A stretch of 63,884 nucleotides of DNA, counting the filler, from Collodictyon triciliatum (Eukaryota), in the NCBI GenBank assembly GCA_043381765.1. It is 31 parts of 31 records of this genome, joined end to end, with 100 filler letters (N's around TTAATTAATTAA, not from the genome) between each part and the next. Parts side by side here need not be neighbours in the genome. Positions count along the whole stretch, not along the records: positions 12,423 to 14,391 come from JBHJMP010009799.1; positions 14,492 to 16,459 come from JBHJMP010009800.1; positions 16,560 to 18,527 come from JBHJMP010009801.1; positions 18,628 to 20,595 come from JBHJMP010009802.1; positions 20,696 to 22,662 come from JBHJMP010009803.1; positions 22,763 to 24,728 come from JBHJMP010009804.1; positions 24,829 to 26,794 come from JBHJMP010009805.1; 24 more parts are not named here. One strand, written 5' to 3'. A program made the translations under genes and the position numbers. The notes under the pieces are model-generated. The model ran no database searches. It had not been told where the DNA came from and saw only the letters and a list, made by a program, of their open reading frames with translations. Numbering within the stretch: position 1 is the first letter of the stretch; every line of letters begins with the position of its first letter. This document shows, piece after piece, positions 12,539 through 25,200 of this stretch.

Positions 12539-14250
12539 TTTGCGCTTTTGGAGAAATTTAAGAATTGATAATAACTGTTTGCCATTAGATTTTGCGACGA
12601 GCTCAGTCCATATGTTAAATCGTTCGAACATGAGTCACAAACCACTTCATTGGTTATTTCAGAGAGTAGCTATCTATCACATCGACTCAAGTTTTACCTC
12701 TCAAAATTTCCGAAAAACATGTCCATCCTTATTCTGGTGGATGCCGCAGATATGTGTATGTTAAACCTGCATTCCATGCTAAAAGGGAGGAAAATAATAC
12801 CCTCATACGTCTAAAAGGTCTCCATGTTTCCCTGCTTATTACAGGTTTATCAGAATCAAATTTCCCTCAAAAAATTTTATTTAAATTTTCTTTAGTAATC
12901 AACCATCAGGGAAAGTTTGATATGAATTGGATCCCAGAATCTTGGATAAACCCCAAAATTAAAATTATTGTCACATGTCAAACATCCGTCGATTTGAAGG
13001 GGCATATTCAGAACTTGCAAACCCAACCAAATATATTGAATGTCTCTATGCTTAATACTGAAGAAAGGCTGTTGTTAATCAAGCAAAGTCTGATGAAATA
13101 CAATTACTCACTTTACCCAAGCATTCGCGAGAAAACAGAGGTTTGATTCATTCTACCTTTAAGCCTTTTTTTCTGTTGATTCTTTTATAGTTACCAAATG
13201 ATTTGAAAATCAAAGGACTTTATGCTACCGGGGTTCATCGAATATGAAGAAAGGAACTGGCTTCACTATATATCCTTCAAAAAAACTGGGAATCCACTGA
13301 CGTTGAAGGGGGTCGGTTTACAATTTTTTATGTTCTCATTTCTTTTTGAATATTATATTCATATATGGCCTTACTACGCAGGTTGTTGCATTAGTTCATA
13401 AAAAATGCAATGTTAGCGACCAGACCAGTATAGAGGTTGAGCTGGATAAGATTGGTAGAGAATACGACCGTTCGATATCTCGATATTTGGAACTGATATC
13501 ATCATTGTAAATACCAATTATCATAAATATTTGATATTCTTGAGGCATTTCGATTGTCATTAGGGTCATTCTTTTCTCTTCCATTCGATTAAATTCTTGG
13601 AAAAAATCATTTATTAGATATAACCAAAAAATGGTTAAAAATACGATAACTTATATACTATGCTCTCAAAATGGACTCTTAGAGCACGAACTGAGGTGCT
13701 GATTGTTTTTACTTGAATTCATTTCTCTGTATTTGTTTATATTCATTTTTTAATTTATTCATCCCATCGTGATTCAAATATCACCCTTAATTAATTGACA
13801 ATAAGCTCGACAAATTGGTTCACAACCATTTTTAATGGCACCATCATATACATTAGAGAATTATGTGGGAGCCATGAAGGATCGTTTTCTTCTTATGACT
13901 GGGCATTACTGATTAGTGTATGCTCTTTTTTTTTTAAAAAACAAACAAACAAACAAACAAACAAACAAACAAACAAACAAACAAACAAACAAATTATAAT
14001 TTTGCTGCGTATTTTTATTCCCACAAGTACTCTATTTGTTTCATGCAATTATGTGGAATCAAACAGTCCCAATAATCTAATTATCTTTCACCGATTGAAC
14101 ATTACCTGCATAATTTTATTTTATATGTTTATTTATTTACATTGTAAATTATAGGATATTGCCCAATACATATCACCTTGGATGCTCGAAGCAGAATTAG
14201 AGGGTGTTAGGATTACTAATGACAGAACCAAATCGTCCATAGCATATTAG
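12539..14250 (+). pseudogene. NACHT/STAND NTPase (TEP1/NWD-like) fragment, multi-exon, frameshifted
   Basis: Walker-B-like ILILVDAAD, WIP..KIKIIVT, TGNPLTL, ILCSQNGLLEHEL; frame breaks inside exons. Confidence 0.6.
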
Positions 14251-14492
14251 TAATGACATGACGAAATAAAGCTGTCATTTTCAGTTGTTCTTCTCTTCTC
14301 TTCTCTTCTCTTCTCTTCTCTTCTCTTCTCTTCTCTTCTCTTCTCTTCTCTTCTCTTCTCTTCTCTTCTCTTCTCTTCTCTTCTCTTCTCTNNNNNNNNN
14401 NNNNNNNNNNNNNNNNNNNNNNNNNNNNNNNNNNNTTAATTAATTAANNNNNNNNNNNNNNNNNNNNNNNNNNNNNNNNNNNNNNNNNNNNT

Positions 14493-16411
14493 AATTCCAA
14501 ATTCGTATTGTTTTGTCGCTACCTCCTGATACGATTTTAGTTCTATCTGGGCTCAAACTAACGCTATTAACCGAACTTGTGTGACCTGAAACTGTCAAAA
14601 TCAAGCTGAAATCAGGAAAATTCCACATTTTAATATATGCATCATCACTTGCAGAGAGAAATTTTGTTCCATCTGACACAATTGAAAAACCATTAATTGT
14701 AGCAACATGTTCTGAAAAAATGTGAATTATCACTCCATTTGAATAATTCCATATTCTAATTGTATTATCGCTGCTTCCAGAAATAATTTTTGAAGTATCT
14801 GGAGAAATGACAACTGTTTTGACGATTCCAGTATGTCCGCTGAATGTTCTTATCAAATCTCCATCTGATATGCTAGTAAGTTTGATTGTTTTGTCGCTAC
14901 TTCCAGAGACGACTTTCGTTCCATCTTGCGTGATGGAAATGCAATTTACTGAATCTGTATGTACTTGAATATTCTGAACTACTGTTCCGTCGTTGATATT
15001 CCATACCTTAATTATTTTATCAGCACATCCTGACACAATTTTTGAGCCATCAGGGGTCAAAGCTACACTGTTAACTATTCCGGTATGTCCGCTGAATGTT
15101 CTTATCAAAGCTCCATCTGACATGCCGGTAATTTTGATTGTTTTATCGCTACTTCCAGAGACGATTTTCGTTCCATCTTGCGTGATAGAAATGCAATTTA
15201 CTGAATCTGTGTGCACTTGAATATTTTGAACTATTCTTCCATCATCAATACCCCACACTTTGATTGTCTTGTCCACACTTCCGGAGACAATTTTTGAACT
15301 GTCAGAACTCAATATCACTGCCTGTACACCATCTGCATGCCCAGTTAATGAGCGAACTAAATCTCCATTATTCAAGTTCCAGATTCTTATGATATTGTCT
15401 GAGTGCCCAGATATGAAAATTGATCTCGATTGAGATGCGGTTATACATAAAAATGGAGAGCCTGCTAATGAATTTATAAGGTTTCCGTTTGATAAATCCC
15501 ATAACTTAACCGTCCAATCTGCACTTCCTGATGCTATCTTCAAGCCGTCAGGAGTTACAATTACTCCCAATACGTAGTTTGTATGACCCGTCACAGTGCA
15601 GATCAAAGATCCATCGAAGAGATTCCAGATTTTTATTGTTTTATCATCACTACCTGATATGATTCTTGCGCTATCTGGTGTTAAAACTACAGAACAGACA
15701 AACCCTAAATGACCTTTCAATGTGCGAATCAAAGCTCCATCAGAAAGATTCCAAATTTTGACTGTTTTATCATTACTTCCAGAAACAATTTTTGTACCAT
15801 CTGAAGAAACAGCAACACTGCGAACAGCACTAGTATGACCAGTCAATATGCGAATCAAAGCTCCATCTGAAAGATTCCATATTCTTATAGTCCAATCCCA
15901 ACTACCAGAAATAATTTTTGAACTATCAGGAGTAACAGCAACACCGCGAACAGCACCAGTATGACCAGTCAATGTGCGAATCAAAGCTCCATCTGAAAGA
16001 TTCCAGACATTTATTGTGGTATCATGGCTCCCAGAAATAATTTTTGAGCCATCAGGAGTAACAGCAACACTGCAAACAACACTAGTATGACCAGTCAATG
16101 TGCGAATCAAAGCTCCATCAGAAAGATTCCAAATTTTTATTGTGGTATCAGCGCTTCCCGACAAAACCCTCGTCCCATCAAAAGTGACAGAAACACTCCA
16201 AATCTCATTAGTATGACCAAGTAATGTACTAATCAATTTTCCATCAGAGATATTCCATATTTTGATACTTCTGTCCACACTAACACTTACAGTCTTTGAA
16301 CCATCAGGAGTAACAGCAACACCACGAACCCATTGACTATGTCCTATTCCAACAGTATAGACAGAAGTAACTTGGCCATGGCAAGAAAAAAATTGACCCA
16401 AAAAAAGGACT
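14493..16411 (-). CDS. WD40-repeat protein exon (~15 repeats, double propeller), both ends incomplete
   Basis: About 640 open codons of GH...SV.++PDG.KI+SGS.D.TI+IW repeats. Confidence 0.95.
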
Positions 16412-16619
16412 CCTATAAAATCATTTTAGCCAATAAAACCAAATTTCAGCAGAAAAAAANNNNNNNNNNNNNNNNNNNNNNNNNNNNNNNNNNNNNNNNN
16501 NNNTTAATTAATTAANNNNNNNNNNNNNNNNNNNNNNNNNNNNNNNNNNNNNNNNNNNNGACAAACAAGTTTGAATAAAGATATCCTGATATATTAAATA
16601 AGAAATAGATGCCACTCTA

Positions 16620-17610
16620 GATACATAAAATTCAACCTAAATGAGTCTAGAGTATTTGTATCGCTTCTCAAAGAACGCTCTGAAAAAATAGAGATTTGCT
16701 GCAGATGTGGGAAAACTAAACATTGTTATCATGTCTGGATTGTGCTTGAAATGCCAAAAGAAAAGAAAATTGTCTTAAAGTAAAACTTTTTTCCACATCA
16801 TCACTTAACTCATCAAACATCAATAATTCTTTTCAAAGCACTCATTAATTAATGGAGAGAAGGCAAATTTTATCATTTGTTCATTTAAATCGACAGAGCA
16901 GATACCAAAAAAAGTAAGCAAGAGCCTCCAGTGGTTCACAAGATAATCAAAAAATTCAAATAGTATCTCTTGACCACCCTGGTTAGTCTGTTTAAATCAA
17001 CCTTGAAGCTGTGAGAAACCACACCGTCTAGCGCTTGTTGGTTGGGAGTTGCAGAACATAAATAAACAATGAGTCCTAAAAATGTCATCATCAGATTGCC
17101 TTTTATTACAAGGGGACCAGGTGATGAAGAGGCGAGCAGAACAGTTTGTCCAAAATCCATCAAATTATTGTCTGTATGTAGATATGCGTTTATCTCTCTG
17201 ATGCTGGATACTGTTTGAAACTTTTTTAAATAAAATATGAACATGAATAAAGTTTTCACCTACTTTTCGAAATAAGCCAAACTTCGTGCCATGTAGCGAC
17301 AACGGTCTTGATTCTGGACGTTCTCCTGCCTGCCAAAATGCAAACCTCTATTTAATATTCAATATCGGCAACAAAAATATCGAACTCTCAACAGGTGACA
17401 AGCTCTCACGTATTTCTGTGTGTGAAATGTGTTCTTCGTTGTGTTTTGTGGGAATAAGATCGACTATTTTGCTCTGTAAATCATCTGGGTTATCTCAACT
17501 CATTTTTATCCCGAAATCTTGGACACCTCGTTTGCTTGTGTTCACTTCAACATCACTCCTTTCACAAACGTCGCTGTGTTCCAAAAAAACAACTTTATCT
17601 CCCTTTATAT
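16620..17610 (-). pseudogene. Degenerate coding region of unknown family
   Basis: Long exon-like frames interrupted by TGA/TAG. Confidence 0.3.
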
Positions 17611-17900
17611 AAATAAAAGAAATGAAGTAAAAAGGAAAAAAACACAGCTCCTACGCGAATAAAATATGCATCAAACAAGTATACGCCCAACGAACGAGCG
17701 TTGGCAAACAGCAAAAAACCATAGCAATAATATTAAAATATCAATTATTTCAGAAAAAGGGAAAAAAGAGAGGACGAAAAGCTGTTTTATTTCTTTACAT
17801 ACCCGGAAAATATAATATGCAATCATTTGCTTTGTCACTTGACCACAAATCACAATACGATGCACAGATATGGACACAAGTATTGTATTTACTATTACCA

Positions 17901-18527
17901 TTTTTTTACTCTAAAAGTCTTAGCTGTTGAGCCCGTCCCAACAATCTTTCAATCAACCATCAGGCAAGTAGTTCCAAAGTAGGTGGTGATGTGTGGGAGA
18001 TAGAAAAAGAAAAACAGGGATAAAGATAAAAGAAAAAAGGGAAAAGAGAGGTCCTTGGGGCTTGATAAGAGACACATGGATTTCTTTTGGGGACGCGTGA
18101 TAGTGTCCCGCGAGCATGAGAAAAGGGACAGGTGATATTGATTGGATGGAGGAGGGGGAATGCTGCTTTGATGGCGCAAGGTGTCGAAAAGGATGGTGAA
18201 AAGAAAAGTGAGGTTCGTTTGATAAGCACTAGGTCGAGTGTAAAGAGAATTCTCTGCATGGTTGACTCACTTCCTTCCAGACCGTATTAGGGTCTTTTCA
18301 GTAGGGGTTGTCGAAGGGATTTCTCCCTCTTGCTTGCAAACCCTATGGCTATAAGCTTCCACTCCCTGGTGTCTCTCTCAACCAAGGTCGGGAGTTTTGG
18401 CTTTGATACCGCAGGTCTTGCAAGTGGATTTGGTCAGCTATTCAGGACTCACGTGTCATGAGGTGTTAGCTGCCTGCAGTCTCCCGGCTCAGGGAGTCTG
18501 TTAATGGGTTCGTTTGGGGTAGGGTAT
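17901..18527 (-). mobile_element. Interspersed repeat family C (retroposon-like 3' end), copy 1
   Basis: Near-identical to 53487-53601 and 53702-54027 on other contigs; ends in a hairpin plus A-rich tail. Confidence 0.85.
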
Positions 18528-19188
18528 NNNNNNNNNNNNNNNNNNNNNNNNNNNNNNNNNNNNNNNNNNNNTTAATTAATTAANNNNNNNNNNNNNNNNN
18601 NNNNNNNNNNNNNNNNNNNNNNNNNNNAAAAAACAAAAAACAAAAAACAAAAAACAAAAAACAAAAAACAAAAAACAAAAAACAAAAAACAAAAAACAAA
18701 AAACAAAAAACAAAAAAAACAAAAAAAACAAAAAAAACACAAAAAATAAAAAATAAAAAAAAAGAAACATGAAAACAAAAAACAAAAAAACAAAGACAAT
18801 AATAAGATAAAGGAAAAACAACAAAATCGAAAAAAACACGACCAAGTTCTCAAACGAACTTCTCACAGTCATTGAAGAAGTCCTATGTTTCTAATCAAAT
18901 GCTCGGAATGGACCGTATGAGTGTCCATCGCGTGCTTTACAGCGAAATATTGGCATGATGTCCGAAGAGTCTTTTATTATACGCCATTTTTTTGACAGGA
19001 TTTTTTATTTTAAAATTGATGTCAATTAGAAAAATAAATGCCACGGCTATCGTAAGGACACCTTATCTGACAAACAAATCAAACCCTTACAAACAAGATA
19101 ATTTCATCCAACTATTGCCTTATTTTTTCATTTGACTTTCAGGTTCTGTTTTAAAAATAAAATAATATCGTTTAAGTTCCAAAACTTT

Positions 19189-19265
19189 ATCCATTGCAAT
19201 AACGTTCCCTCGGTCCTGCACAAAGTTGAAAGGAAGAATAAAAAAAATCCATTGCAATAACGTTC
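19189..19265 (+). mobile_element. Micro-insertion family B (39 bp) with a 19-bp perfect TSD
   Basis: ATCCATTGCAATAACGTTC at 19189-19207 and 19247-19265 flanks CCTCGGTCCTGCACAAAGTTGAAAGGAAGAATAAAAAAA. Confidence 0.85.
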
Positions 19266-20014
19266 ATTTAATTTATGATGCGATTTAGCAAGTTGTTTAT
19301 AATAAACTAGCCCCTGATATACGATGTGTGATTATTCTGCGAATCTCATTAAACTAATCAGAAACTCTTTGAAATGTTGTAAACTTGTGGTTTGCAGGCC
19401 TGAAGATACTGTGCTTCACCAAGCAGGATGTAGTACCTCCATCAAGATATTTAGAAGATGACCCAGTTTGACCGACTGACGCAATTTTTTTTTTTTTATC
19501 GATGAGTATTGCTGCAGAGCAAAACCTAGAACTCCACAATTGCTTTTTATCTGTGTTTTTTTAATGCAAAATTAATGCGAGCATCGCTATTTTCTCACAA
19601 AATGTATATTCCGCAAGCACTTGACTTGGTTCTGCACTGATTAATATGTCCACAAACTCGCTTGTATTTGGTTGTGAAATAACTCTGTTACACTTAATCC
19701 GTTTTCTTGTGAAAATGGACTGTCAGTGTGGTCCTCGGCTGATTTCGTTTGGAGACCACCTATTGAGAATTGAATCCCCTCCACTTTCATAACATTTTGC
19801 ATTTGCTCAGACTGCACGATGATATGCGTGTTCTGCTCCAGTTTGACATAGACACAAGGCTGTTGATGTTCCGCAGATTAGTTTTGAATATGATGAAGAG
19901 CGCATAAATCAGATTTCAAACAACCCATACTTTGTACACACACTCAGCGTGGTTGGTCTTCCTATAATACGAGTAGAAAGGGCCAAATCCGATGTCATCA
20001 ACGCAATGATGTTT

Positions 20015-20074
20015 TATCTCTCCTCTAATATCTTTGAATCGAATAAAGGAAAAAAATATCTCTCCTCTAATATC
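20015..20074 (+). mobile_element. Micro-insertion family A (24 bp) with an 18-bp perfect TSD
   Basis: TATCTCTCCTCTAATATC at 20015-20032 and 20057-20074 flanks TTTGAATCGAATAAAGGAAAAAAA. Confidence 0.85.
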
Positions 20075-20894
20075 GCAGGCTACTTTTTTTTTTTATCGCT
20101 ACCAAATGATTATAAAATCCAGCTGTCTGGTGGTGTAGGAGGAGGAGTGAGACGCTCTTCCTTTTCTTTTTTTCTTTTGTATTTTTTTTCAAAATGAACA
20201 AATAAATATTTGGTTTGAATGAAAGAAAAGAAGCAAATGCTTTGGAGTCGCCGCGTCACTTTTATTTTTGCACCCATCCTCACTCGGGCTGCCCTTCCAG
20301 TGCCATCATTTTTTACAATTCGAATTCCACTGAATAACTACTGACTAATACCTCCAATATCCTCCCCACATAATCAGCCACAGTGAATAAAATGTCTTTT
20401 TTTTTCATTTTCACTTCATTCTCACTATTTTTTTTTTAATTCCAATTACATTATTTTCTTTTTCTTTTGCTTTAATTCCATTTTTTTAATTGGTTATCAT
20501 TCATTCACTCACTCACTCACTCACTCACTCACTCACTCACTCACTCACTCACTCACTCACTCACTCACTCACTCACTCACTCACTCACTCACTCANNNNN
20601 NNNNNNNNNNNNNNNNNNNNNNNNNNNNNNNNNNNNNNNTTAATTAATTAANNNNNNNNNNNNNNNNNNNNNNNNNNNNNNNNNNNNNNNNNNNNTCATC
20701 ATACGGGTAAAACAAGATATATGATGTTCATAAAAAAAAAAAAAAGAATCCCCAAGCGCGGCTGTGAAAGACAAAATCTGGTAATGGTCAACGAATATAG
20801 CAGTTTTCTGTCCTGGAAACGACTCTTTCTGATTACGAAAAAAATAAGGACATCGCCAAACTAAGCTACTCTCCAGAATTCGTTGTTTATTATT

Positions 20895-20983
20895 AATTAC
20901 TATCATGTTTTTTTTTTTATTCTTCCTTTCAATTTTGTGCGGGATGGTGGAGATGTTGGCCTTGGTTCAATTACTATCATGTT
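20895..20983 (-). mobile_element. Micro-insertion family B (59 bp) with a 15-bp perfect TSD
   Basis: AATTACTATCATGTT at 20895-20909 and 20969-20983; the minus-strand insert ends CCCGCACAAAATTGAAAGGAAGAATAAAAAAAAA. Confidence 0.85.
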
Positions 20984-22782
20984 GTTATTCGAGCGGTATA
21001 TTCTTTTTACGCAAGGTGTATATACACCGTTAGGGATAAATGTGCTTCTGTGGCTTTATTAACTCATGAAACCTATTTTTTTGCTTGACTATCTGAGAAA
21101 AAGACAGCTCATCCACAATCGAACCCAGTGGTGTTTTTATTGGCATGGGTCTTATCATTTGTCTTCAATTCGCTACTGCAGACAAAATTAAAGCATTTCT
21201 TTGAGAAAACGGTGCGCTAGTTTCTACATAGGCGTCCCTTTGAAGTAAATTGGGGAGAAAACATTGTTTTTATTATTAATTCGAAACAAATTTTATCAAA
21301 AAAAAATACTCAATAAAGAGGGTGTTAAAATCCATACAGGTTTGATTCATTTAAGGATATTAGAATGAGGAAAGGAAGCGGGCGACCGTACCAAGGAGTG
21401 ACAATTATAGCAATCTACTCATATGTCATCACAGATACAGCCACAACTTCATGAATTTGTTTTATAATTTTATTACAGATGCATAAATTCGTTGCACAAA
21501 TTTAATCAACGGAAAACAGAAGTGTGTAATCTCGTACGAGCAAATGATAGAGAAAAAAATCTAATAAGTAATTATTTTGTTAGAAGGTTCCACTTCTCTT
21601 TGATATTTGTCGAGACAATCACAAAGAAACATGTAAAACGGTAGACTTCGATTGTAATGAATGGGCAAATAATCATGGAGGATACGTTTGTTTGTTTTTT
21701 GAATTAAAAAAACATACATACTCCTACAATAATGACTTGTAATTCGAATGTGCACACTAGTATATATATTGGTGGTGCATGGACTGATTCAAGGAATGTC
21801 GAATGCGTGCAATGATGTTAAATCTGGCGTCATCTGCAAGCGCATGGAGCAGAATTTAACAATTACAGGAGCGACGACAGAACAGAATTTTCGATAGTCT
21901 ATCAACTTCCACTATTGTTAAAAGATTATGGAGTCAACGTTTAGGAAAAATTGCAGAATAAACTTTTTTTTTAACCTCATATGTAATATCAATTATTTCA
22001 AAAAAATGTATAATTTGTTGGGCTACTATTTGATTTCATGGACAAATTATGATAAATTTCTTGCCATAGTTAAGGTTTAATACTTACCTCTTGGCAAGCT
22101 ATACGAGATAGAAAGTTTGTTTGGTAGGATGTAAGACCAATATCCGCATTTTGAAGTACGTTTATTACCTTTCGGATAATGGATATCACTCAACACGTCC
22201 ATTTTAAGTGGGAGTATATGCAAAATGGGACATCAGTGTCATTCTGTAATGGTAGGTGCAATAGTGAAAACGTTTTCTAAAAAAAACCTCATTATGGAGG
22301 ACATAGAATGAGCCTTCCTTTGATAATTGCCGCAGCTCGCCAGGTGAAAATACAGAGGCTAGCTCTACGATAGTTATTTTATTTTGGTTTACTTTTTTTT
22401 TTTTTTGGAAATTTATATTATTTTTATGATGGAGGAAATATTTTCAAATTGTGAATCACAAATAATTGTTTATGATTCATTAAGAGCATAACTGCATGAA
22501 AATTGGCTTCTTCAGATATCCATGAGGATTTATTATGGAAAGAGTCTTGACGAATTTATTTGCCAATGATAATGATAATGATAATGATAATGATAATGAT
22601 AATGATAATGATAATGATAATGATAATGATAATGATAATGATAATGATAATGATAATGATAANNNNNNNNNNNNNNNNNNNNNNNNNNNNNNNNNNNNNN
22701 NNNNNNTTAATTAATTAANNNNNNNNNNNNNNNNNNNNNNNNNNNNNNNNNNNNNNNNNNNNAGACCTGAAAAAAAACAAGG

Positions 22783-22842
<60 letters not shown>

Positions 22843-23055
22843 TTATAATAAAAAAAAAATAAAACAATAAAAAAAAAAAAAAAAAAACAGCCTATTAGTT
22901 GCATTTAATTTAACTTATTTATATATATATTGTTATTGTTCCTATCATTCGTTTTAAGGCTTTCAATTAAAAATAATAATACAATAAGATGAAATGACTA
23001 TTGTCAATCAGTCTCGCTATGTCATGACACGGAGCGGGTTGGGGCGTTGGGTTAC

Positions 23056-24409
23056 CTCCCTCGAAGTGGCTGAGAAGCTCTTGTTTGGTGAAATTGCAAG
23101 ACGTAATCACAAATAAGCCTTTCTTCTTCAAGGCAAAAACAACGCTCGTTCGGTATTTGATCTTTGCCTCCCGCGAATCCTCTGCAAGCGCGATGGCGTC
23201 GAATGTCCCTTTGTCATGGATCAGCTGTGTTTTTGTTTTTGTTTTTGTTTTTGTTCCTTAAATCTGAAGCAAGAATCATATACTCCTATCTTATCTGAAA
23301 AAAAAAATTCTGCTGAAATGAAATGAAAATACTTGAGGGTGTTTGGTGTATTAAAGACAGGGCTATTTAATGATTAATCTAGCTAGTATTTATACATCAA
23401 AAGATTCGGGCTCGAGTGCAGTATTCAACACATCATCAACCTATGATGATTCGAGTAAGGTGACTGAGGATAAATTGAACAAATGGGGCACAAACATTTT
23501 CTTTTCTAATTGAGTATATATAAAAGAAAATAAAAATAAAAAAGTAAAAGAAAAGAACTCAGTATGAAATAGTTCAATACAAAGAAAGCCCAACCAAGAA
23601 AGTTGCTTGTAATCCTTTTTCTTTGGCAACGCTGATGGACAAATCAATCGCAGGTTTTGAATAGTCTGTTCCTGTTAGGTTTGTGAAGCCAGCTTTTTGC
23701 TACCACGTTATGAATGGGCAATATCAGTAATAATAATAAAAAAATGAGGAAGAAATGTATAAAGTAGCATCAAGAAAATATCTGGATCATGACAGGTTGG
23801 ATAAATCCGTCAAAATTGATAATTCAGGGTTCTTTTCTTTTGTATGATGCTATTCATGAGAAAATATTCATTCGATGCGGGTCTACATTATCATCACTAT
23901 ACCATTTGACAGAGGAATATTGCGTTGCCGCAACCGACATCAAGAACACTGTCTGTCTTTGATATGCGCTCCAAGCTGGCGATCCACTTTGGAATCCGAT
24001 CCTTGCAGACATGTGCAAACCAGGCTTCTCCAGGATCCCCAAACTCTTCAAAATTTTTCAGGTCTCTCGTATAGAACTGGTCCCAGCTATGCAGAGGCGA
24101 AAGAGTAATAGAAATACAATATAGAAAGATGGAATATAGAAATACAATATAGAAACATAGAATATAGAAATACTATTCTTTGGTCCCTAAACGAGAGCTG
24201 GGGAGGTCATCCAAATCCCGTTCCTCATTGTCTTCCTCATCGTCTTCCTCGATGTCTTCCTCTTCGCTGCCGCCTTCGTTTTGTTCATCTTCGACTACCG
24301 GAACTGATTCGTGCTTATCTCCTTCTGTCCCTGCGGATTGGACCGCACAAGGCTCGTCATTTTCGACAGGGTTGTAGGCTTTGTCACTTGCATGCTCACT
24401 CTCTGACAT
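23056..24409 (-). CDS. EEF1AKMT2: eEF1A lysine methyltransferase (METTL10/Efm4 family), 5 clear exons, 3' truncated
   Basis: SRLGTKE|YWDQFYTRDLKNFEEFGDPGEAWF...VLDVGCGN...|GFTNLTGTDYS...|IHDKGTFDAI...FVITSCNFTKQEL. Confidence 0.9.
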
Positions 24410-24828
24410 TCACGATTAAAATGTGAGACCTGAAGAAAAAAAATAGTGAAAAATTAAACATAACCCAATGATCATAAGAAAAAAAAAAGAAAAGGAAAGA
24501 AAAAAATGAACAGAAAAAAGAAAAAGAAAAAAGAAAAAAGAAAAAAGAAAAAAGAAAAAAGAAAAAAGAAAAAAGAAAAAAGAAAAAAGAAAAAGAAAAA
24601 AGAAAAAGAAAAAAGAAAAAGAAAAAAGAAAAAAGAAAAAAGAAAAAAGAAAAAAAGAAAAAAGAAAAAAGAAAAAAGAAAAAAGAAAAAAGAAAAAAGA
24701 AAAAAGAAAAAAGAAAAAAGAAAAAAGANNNNNNNNNNNNNNNNNNNNNNNNNNNNNNNNNNNNNNNNNNNNTTAATTAATTAANNNNNNNNNNNNNNNN
24801 NNNNNNNNNNNNNNNNNNNNNNNNNNNN

Positions 24829-25200
24829 TCGGAGGACATCGAAGCTGAAAGACGAAAATGGGAATCACGACACATCAGGTACTACGAGCAAATCGACCGA
24901 TGGTTCTTCGGACTCGGCAAAGAAAAAGAAATGACGCTCTACCCTCCACCGACAGAGTCAGACGAAAATGAACCGCTGCTACCTGAAGAGATTGACAAAA
25001 CCAACATTCAAAAGTTCTACGCCGATGTGTGGAAGAAACGAGACTTTGACCGTGCAACCCTCAACCTGGTAACAAACAACTGCTCTGTGGCGAACGAAAA
25101 GGAGGCAGAATCCATGGTCAAAGACATTGATGACAGCGAATTGTGGAGCGCTATCAAGTCCATGCCGAACCCAAAGCACCAGGCCCTGACCTCCAGTAAC
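24829..25200 (+). mobile_element. L1-like ORF2 fragment just upstream of the RT core, frameshifted
   Basis: IQKFYADVW...IDDSELWSAIKSMP followed, after a frameshift, by KAPGPD. Confidence 0.75.
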
